From contig CAZSSB010000006.1 in the NCBI GenBank assembly GCA_964609245.1, positions 34,056-98,055 of the forward strand: a stretch of DNA of 64,000 nucleotides, read 5' to 3'. The position numbers and the translations under genes are program-made. The notes under the pieces were generated by a model. It did no database searches, had not been told where the DNA came from, and worked only from the letters and a program-made list of their open reading frames with translations. Shown here in pieces: positions 58,500 through 64,000 of the stretch (the stretch's first letter is position 1; every line of letters begins with the position of its first letter). The stretch comes from an uncultured Planctomycetales bacterium. Its GTDB lineage: Bacteria; 4484-113; JAFGCY01.

Positions 58500-59105
58500 A
58501 TGACACCGCTGCGAGCACTTGTCTGCGCACTCGCCGCCGTAACGCTCGTCTGGATTGCGGGATGCGGCGAGCAGCCGCCCGAGGATCCGGGGCTGATCGC
58601 CGACGATCTGGGGGTGGGCCTGACGCTCGGGATGGACGTGGCGGCCGCCCGCGAAGCCGCCGGTCGCGGCGCCTCGAACACCAGCGTGGAGGTCCTGACG
58701 CGCGACGAGTTGAATCGCCGGCAGCCGTACGCCGGTCAGGCGAATATCGAGGCGCTGGTACTGGCGGTATACATCCCCTACCCCGACAGCGGGCAGCCGC
58801 TCCCAGGTATGGCCTATAAGCAGATCACGGAGATCCGCTGCTACCTGCCGGGGGCGGCGGACACGGCGGTCGAGCTACTGGGCGAGCCGATCAGCATCGT
58901 GACGCCGGAGAGCCTCGTCGCCGCGCTCGGCGAGGCGGCGGATCGTGTCACCGACTCCAGCGGCGACACCCATCTGACCTTCCGCTTCGCCGTGCCGGAG
59001 GATCTGAGCCCAACCGCCGCCAGGGCCATGGTGGAGCTGGTGACCAGTCACGCTCCCGACGGTCGCTGCTGGGCGCTCAGGCTTGCCCTGACGCTCGCCG
59101 AGTGA
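58500..59105 (+). CDS. Hypothetical lipoprotein
   Basis: Signal plus lipobox LVWIAGCG. No recognised domain. Confidence 0.5.
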   Translation: MTPLRALVCALAAVTLVWIAGCGEQPPEDPGLIADDLGVGLTLGMDVAAAREAAGRGASNTSVEVLTRDELNRRQPYAGQANIEALVLAVYIPYPDSGQPLPGMAYKQITEIRCYLPGAADTAVELLGEPISIVTPESLVAALGEAADRVTDSSGDTHLTFRFAVPEDLSPTAARAMVELVTSHAPDGRCWALRLALTLAE

Positions 59106-59122
59106 TCGCCGCCACTCCCGGG

Positions 59123-59154
59123 CAAAAAGAAACCGGCCCATCCTCGGTGGGCCG
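59123..59154 (-). terminator. Rho-independent terminator for the minus-strand dockerin lipoprotein gene (stem CCGGCCCA/TGGGCCGG, then TTTCTTTTT on the minus strand)
   Basis: 8-bp stem with a 7-nt loop, and an A-run on plus (T-run on minus). Confidence 0.5.
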
Positions 59155-59193
59155 GTCCTGGAGTGAACCACTCGCGCATCAGTGGTCTGGCGA

Positions 59194-60654
59194 TTACATG
59201 ATCGAGAACCCAATCGCGTTGCCGAAGAAGTGGTCCTCGACGTCGGCATCGCTGTAGTAGGTGCGCCAGATGCCGTCCTCGGACACCTCCTGGAACTCAA
59301 GCACGAGTTCATCACCGCTATCGGATTTCAACTGGAAGTTGAGCAGGTCGCCGTAGCCCACCGGCGCGCCCGGCAGGTCGCGCAGCAGCGTGGTCACGTT
59401 GAAATCGATTGCCAGCCTGCCGCCGCCCATCTCGACCTGCTGGAAGAAGAACTCATCCGGAAACAGCACTCCCGAGGCAAAGCTGGCCCAGATGCCGTCC
59501 GGCGCACTGCGCGCCCCGCCGGGGCTGCCGACGTTGGCCGACTCAGCCACGTAGCTGAACGTGTTGGGATAGACCACGCGCAGGCAGTTGAGCTGCGAGA
59601 TCGAGTGCGGCAGGTCGTTGGCATAGACAGTGATTGTCGCCACCTGCCCGGTCGCGGTTCCGGTCGGGGCCACGCGGCGGCCCTGTTCGCTGATCTCCTC
59701 GCTCGGCGTTCCGAATTGCAGGTCGCGGTCCAGCGAGGCCACGCGATACCAGCCCCGCTCCACGTACTGCGGACCGAAGGTATAGCTGAACCTGACGGTC
59801 TGGCCGGGCTGCACGTCCTGCTCGCCGAGCAGCAGCTGGCCAACCGTGATGTACTCGCCGGCCAGCTCATCGAACATCTCGATCTGGTAGGAGAAGATCT
59901 CCGCGTTGTAGTTCTGGCCGATCGCGGTGATATCCGTCACGTTGATCTCGCCGTCGTGGTTGGAGTCGATGTGGCGCAGTGGATCGTCCCAGCTGTTGGC
60001 CACCTTGGCCAGGAAGTTCTGGCCGATCTGGGTCAGGTCGGTGACGCCGACGATGCCGTCCTGGTTGTTGTCACCCGGATTGGTGTAGTCCCAGGAGAGC
60101 GTCCAGCGGCCGTCCTCGCCCTGGCTGAGTTCCAGGTTGCGGGCCATCGCGCGCTTGCTGCTTGGCGCCGCGCTCACCGCTCGTTCATCGCCGCCGGGCA
60201 GCAGCTTGAACGACATCAGCGCCGTGTCCGCGGGCAGCACCGCATCGGCGCCGACCGCCGTCGCCCCGAACTCGATGACGCCGGGCTCGGCCTCGACGGC
60301 CAGGCCGATCACGCTGCCCTCCGCGCCGGCGTCGAAGCTGATCGCCTCGGCCCGGTTCTGATTGGCGTCGTAATCGACACTGATGTAGAGGTCGCGGGTG
60401 TCGACCAGCTCAGCGGTAACCGCCACGCTGACGTCAAACCCGCCACCGCCCGGCGTCACGTCGATCGCCAGGGCGTCCAGCACGTCCACCGGGGTCGGAT
60501 CCAGCGTGGCCACGCGCACTTCCGGCGAGTCGCCGCCACCGGCGATCACCTGCTGGGCCTGCTCGTCCAGCAGCCCGTCGGAGCAACCGAGGCTTCCCAG
60601 CAACAGCAGGACTGTCAGCAGCCACAGCATCGGCAGTTTCGCAAACGTTCTCAT
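59194..60654 (-). CDS. Lipoprotein with dockerin-like repeats (paralog of 38189..40027)
   Basis: Lipobox LLGSLGC. DNNQDGIVGVTDLTQIGQNF and DSNHDGEINVTDITAIGQNYN. Region WDYTNPGDNNQDG... aligns with WTESNTGDYNFDG... of the paralog. Confidence 0.7.
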   Translation of the reverse strand: MRTFAKLPMLWLLTVLLLLGSLGCSDGLLDEQAQQVIAGGGDSPEVRVATLDPTPVDVLDALAIDVTPGGGGFDVSVAVTAELVDTRDLYISVDYDANQNRAEAISFDAGAEGSVIGLAVEAEPGVIEFGATAVGADAVLPADTALMSFKLLPGGDERAVSAAPSSKRAMARNLELSQGEDGRWTLSWDYTNPGDNNQDGIVGVTDLTQIGQNFLAKVANSWDDPLRHIDSNHDGEINVTDITAIGQNYNAEIFSYQIEMFDELAGEYITVGQLLLGEQDVQPGQTVRFSYTFGPQYVERGWYRVASLDRDLQFGTPSEEISEQGRRVAPTGTATGQVATITVYANDLPHSISQLNCLRVVYPNTFSYVAESANVGSPGGARSAPDGIWASFASGVLFPDEFFFQQVEMGGGRLAIDFNVTTLLRDLPGAPVGYGDLLNFQLKSDSGDELVLEFQEVSEDGIWRTYYSDADVEDHFFGNAIGFSIM

Positions 60655-60916
60655 CTTGCACCTCCCGCAGCACGGCGTACCAGCGCGGCGGATTACTCCA
60701 TTGATTCGCTAATATTGTACCGGCCTGGGAGCATTTCGAACACCTTTTTCGATTAACGCGGCGTAAAGCCTGGATTCAGCCAAGGCCAAGAATCATCAGG
60801 GTTAAAGCAAGGTTAAGCCGACACGATCAACCGGCCGCGGATGGCCGGGGGCGTCGTGCCTGTCATTGGTCTACCAATACTGCCTGGCAGCCGCACGCGG
60901 CGAGTAAGATAGCTGG

Positions 60917-61609
60917 ATGGACGAAGGCGCCCCACGGCCCGACAACGGCAGGATCAGGCCCGACGGCTACGAGGTACTGGACGCCTACGGCCGGCGGATC
61001 GAGCCTGGGAAGCCGCGGCGGCGCGGCCTGGGCCGGACGCCGGTATCGATGGCCGTGCTGGTGGTGTGCGTCGCTGTTTACGTCGTCTTCAACCTGGTGC
61101 TGAACGGGGCGCAGATCTACCTGACGTTCAGCCCGGCCAACGGCCTGCTCTTCCCCGGCATCTTGACCAGCATCTTCGCCCATGCCGACTTTCTGCATCT
61201 GCTCTTCAACATGGTGATTCTGTACGTGCTGGGCACCATCGTCGAGATACGCTACGGACCGGCGCGCTATGCGCTGTTGTTCTTCGTTTCGGCGCTGTTC
61301 GCCTCCCTGGCCCAGGCGGCGGTCGAGCCCGCGGGTTACCAGCTGGGGGCCAGCGGCGCGCTGGCGGGCGTGATGGCGGCCTTCGTGCGCCACAATCCGC
61401 GGGTGATGCTCTACATCTGGGGCATCGTCCCCATCCCGGCCTGGCTGGCCGCGGCATTGTGGCTGCTCTACAACGTGGTGGGGGCCGGGCTGGGCGAGGC
61501 GAGCGTGGCCTTCGTGGCGCATCTGGCGGGCTTCGCCGCCGGCGGCGCGCTGTCGTTCCTGCTCATTCCCCTCGGCGGGCCGCCAGCTGCTCACGGGAAA
61601 CGCGGCTGA
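60917..61609 (+). CDS. Rhomboid-family intramembrane serine protease
   Basis: GASGALAGVM (catalytic Ser) and AHLAGFAAG (catalytic His) in a 6-TM core. Confidence 0.8.
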   Translation: MDEGAPRPDNGRIRPDGYEVLDAYGRRIEPGKPRRRGLGRTPVSMAVLVVCVAVYVVFNLVLNGAQIYLTFSPANGLLFPGILTSIFAHADFLHLLFNMVILYVLGTIVEIRYGPARYALLFFVSALFASLAQAAVEPAGYQLGASGALAGVMAAFVRHNPRVMLYIWGIVPIPAWLAAALWLLYNVVGAGLGEASVAFVAHLAGFAAGGALSFLLIPLGGPPAAHGKRG

Positions 61610-61658
61610 CCGGCCCCACCGGCGCCGACGCAGCGATCGGGCGCGCTACAATGACGCC

Positions 61659-61964
61659 ATGGCAGTGATGGACATCCAGGTGACGCCGCGCCGCGAGGGC
61701 ACCATCTCCGTTAGCGACGCGGTGGCGGCCGCGCAACGGATCATCGAGGAATCGGGGCTGGACTTCATCCTGCACCCGATGGGCACCTGCGTCGAGGGCG
61801 AGCCGGCGGAGCTCTACAAGCTGGCGGCGCGCATCCATGCCCGGCTGGAGGAACTGGACTACCCGCGCATCGGCCTCAGCCTCAAGGTCGACCACCGGCG
61901 CGACAAGCAGCAGCGGATGCTGGACAAACTCAGGAGCGTCGAGCGAAAGCTGCAGGCGGACTGA
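61659..61964 (+). CDS. MTH1187/YkoF-family (DUF77) thiamine-binding-like protein
   Basis: About 100 aa; ...DIQVTPRREGTISVSDAVAAAQRIIEESGLDFILHPMGTCVEGE... fits the family. ATG 61668 is an alternative start. Confidence 0.6.
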   Translation: MAVMDIQVTPRREGTISVSDAVAAAQRIIEESGLDFILHPMGTCVEGEPAELYKLAARIHARLEELDYPRIGLSLKVDHRRDKQQRMLDKLRSVERKLQAD

Positions 61965-61996
61965 GCTGGGAGCGCCGGCATCCTGCCGGCATCCCC

Positions 61997-62056
61997 GGTA
62001 GGGGCGAAGCCATGCTTCGCCCATCCCCGGTGGGATTAACCACAGAGATCACAGAG
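61997..62056. repeat. Family-A REP-like palindrome (GTAGGGGCGAAGCCATGCTTCGCCC) plus an ACCACAGAGATCACAGAG module
   Basis: Same conserved ends and the same companion module as in the 222-bp composite repeats. Convergent intergenic region. Confidence 0.5.
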
Positions 62057-62216
62057 CACACAGAGCAATCGGGATGCCTCAGCCAGTGGCGCAGGCAGCT
62101 TGCCTGCCATTTGCTCCTGTGGCGCAAGCGTCTCGCCTGTGATTCGCCGGGAGCGCGGGCGGCTCGTCCGCATCCCCCTCAGACCTGTCCCCTGTAACCT
62201 GATCCCGGGCCCGGCC

Positions 62217-62743
62217 CTACCCCACGTCGATGCCGCAGCTGGTGTCGACACACTCGCAGCTGCCGCACGCGCAGTCGCGCGGGGCGTTGCAGGTGTCCTG
62301 GCGGCACCCCGGCGGCGGCGGGCATTCACATTCGGGCTGGCACAGCAGCTCGTACTGAAGCGGCCAGCAGCAGGTGGTGTACTCGTTGCACCACTCTTCG
62401 CAGGGGATGCGGCGGAACTCCATTGGCGGGCAGCAGTCTGCATCGAGCGCGGTGCCGCCGTCCGGAAGCGGGATCTCGGTGGATCCCTTCATCAGCGCAT
62501 CCATGCCGAAACGGCAGTCAGGCTCGCACTCCGGCGCGCAGACGGGCCGGCACTTGCCGCAGGCCGGCTGGCAGTGCCGCTCGCAGGGCGGGCAGCCGCA
62601 GGCCGGCTCGTAGCACTGATACACCTCGCAGCAGCTTGTGCCGCCGGTGTAGACCACCTCGCAGTCGTTGTCCTGACAGGGCTCGACCGCCCAGGCGATG
62701 GAAACGCTCGTAAGCAGGAATACGCCGATCGCAGCCAGTCTCA
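62217..62743 (-). CDS. Secreted cysteine-rich protein (about 36 Cys in about 150 mature residues)
   Basis: AAGGGG RBS, ATG 62743. Signal MRLAAIGVFLLTSVSIAWA. Repeated C-x-x-C / C-P-x-C / C-E-C spacing (CGCPPCERHCQPACGKCRPVCAPECEPDC...). No CXXCH. Confidence 0.55.
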
Positions 62744-62851
62744 TCGTTCGCCCCTTCATCTCAACCTGAGTCGGATGGCAGAAGCATAACACAGCGCAGG
62801 CGGCTTGTCCACAAGTTATCAACAGCCCCGGGAGCCGGTGATGCGGACTGG

Positions 62852-64000
62852 CTATAGCCCCTGCTGCTCGCGCCAGACGTCGAAGCCGGCGGCGATCAGG
62901 GCGTTCTCGTGGCCGGGGGAACTGCGCACCAGCGCATACACGCGGCTGTCGAGCACCACCTCGCGGTCGTGCCAGCCCAGCAGCAGGAAGTAGCCCACGC
63001 CGCGGTCCTCGAGGGCGATCAGAGCCTCAAGCTGCTCGTCGCTCAGCGCGGCGGGCCGGCGGCGCATGATGGTGGCCAGCACGCCGTTGCGGGCGCTGTC
63101 CGGCAGCTCCGGGATCGCGCCGACCAGCCGGTCCACGAACCGCTCGTCGCCGCGGATCAGGGCGTAGTCCAGCAGCAGCAGCGCGTCGCCCAGCGCCAGG
63201 TTGTAGGCCTGCTGTCGGTAGGCGGCCTCGTCGTCCACGTTCGGCGCACCGGTATCCGGCTCCGCGGTCAGGTCCTCAAGCTCGGGCAGCGGCATGGTGT
63301 CCGTGCGGCCGTTCATGAACTCTACGGCGCGCCATTCGCGGCCCATCCCGATGGTGGTCAGTCGCGCCTCGCCGCCCGGGAGCGCCACGTCCGCCGGCCC
63401 GACCAGCACCAGCGCCTTGGCCAGCTCCAGCTGAATCGCCTCGTGCACGCCCTCCAGCCCCAGGACGCGGATCCACAGCTCGCGGTCCGCCCAGCGCAGC
63501 AGCGCCGCCCACTGCACCGCGTTCCAGTGGGACTCCGGCAGGTGCGCGACGTACCGCTCCCAGTCGATCCCGTGGCCGTCTTCGCCGCCCAGCAGGCTGT
63601 CCAGCGCCGCCAGCCGGTCGACGTCATTCAGTTCGACGGCGTGGGCGTATTCGGTGGCCAGAGCTTCAGCAAGCCCCGCCGAGCGCGCCAGCGGGCCGCC
63701 GGGCTCGACGTCCAGCTGCGCCAGCCCCCAGAGCAGCTCGCCCATCTCCGTTTCGGCGGCATCGTCGAGGATGTAGGCCCAGCTGGCGGACGGGATCCGC
63801 GCGGCGCAGCCCAGGCCGTAGGCCGCGCCCAGCACCGGGCCGATCCGCTGGCCGGGCGGGCGGCCCGCGTAGAAGTCCGGCAGCGGGTGCGTCTCCTGGT
63901 AGACCGCGCCCAGCACGGCGGCGGCCACCGCGTCGTCCGCCGCCAGCGCGTGCAGCTGCTCCTCGAAGCCGTGCAGCTCGTAGCCGCTGATCGCCAGCAT
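62852..64000 (-). CDS. Hypothetical protein, C-terminal 382 aa (N-terminus beyond the 3' window edge)
   Basis: Open to the window end on the minus strand. No confident family assignment. Confidence 0.45.
   Translation of the reverse strand: MLAISGYELHGFEEQLHALAADDAVAAAVLGAVYQETHPLPDFYAGRPPGQRIGPVLGAAYGLGCAARIPSASWAYILDDAAETEMGELLWGLAQLDVEPGGPLARSAGLAEALATEYAHAVELNDVDRLAALDSLLGGEDGHGIDWERYVAHLPESHWNAVQWAALLRWADRELWIRVLGLEGVHEAIQLELAKALVLVGPADVALPGGEARLTTIGMGREWRAVEFMNGRTDTMPLPELEDLTAEPDTGAPNVDDEAAYRQQAYNLALGDALLLLDYALIRGDERFVDRLVGAIPELPDSARNGVLATIMRRRPAALSDEQLEALIALEDRGVGYFLLLGWHDREVVLDSRVYALVRSSPGHENALIAAGFDVWREQQGL

Noticed and set aside
62852-64000. ADP-ribosylglycohydrolase identity for the partial edge ORF
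   Set aside because: Only a weak glycine-rich stretch (GPVLGAAYGLG). It lacks the GDALG signature seen in the 9056 gene, and it is too long after that stretch for the ARH C-terminus. Left as hypothetical.

Overview
High-GC (about 68-70%) bacterial chromosomal segment, probably from a diderm/Gram-negative-type organism: it carries kdsB, many lipobox lipoproteins and an outer-membrane-like protein. No rRNA, tRNA, CRISPR array or transposase was recognised. About 60 protein-coding genes are supported. Housekeeping genes: thiG, bfr, lepA, hpf, kdsB, queG, htrA, ackA-pta, serA, prfB (with its programmed +1 frameshift), uppP, thiE-thiS, a heterodimeric ABC exporter pair, a lone DppF-type ABC ATPase and a histidine kinase. 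The accessory-looking cargo includes a GT2 glycosyltransferase flanked by two paralogous PlsC-family acyltransferases, a tandem double-GT2 protein, flaG plus a giant (1285 aa) FliD with repeated flagellin hook IN-type motifs, and many secreted or lipoprotein repeat proteins (FG-GAP, LVIVD, dockerin-like x2, beta-helix-like, ankyrin, acidic EGL-repeat, Cys-rich). There is a tandem trio of paralogous zinc-ribbon proteins and a Rieske-fold protein with both His ligands replaced by Tyr. Two families of GC-rich palindromic extragenic repeats (REP-like) are present. One is a GTAGGGG...CCCCTAC family with compensatory inner-stem variation. It includes a perfect 222-bp composite direct repeat that flanks an ankyrin-repeat lipoprotein gene on both sides. 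Several genes appear leaderless (TATAAT 6-8 nt before the start codon). Two lower-GC islands lie at about 8.3-9.1 kb and 40.0-42.1 kb. All coordinates are hand-derived from the sequence and the ORF track; starts are approximate where noted.
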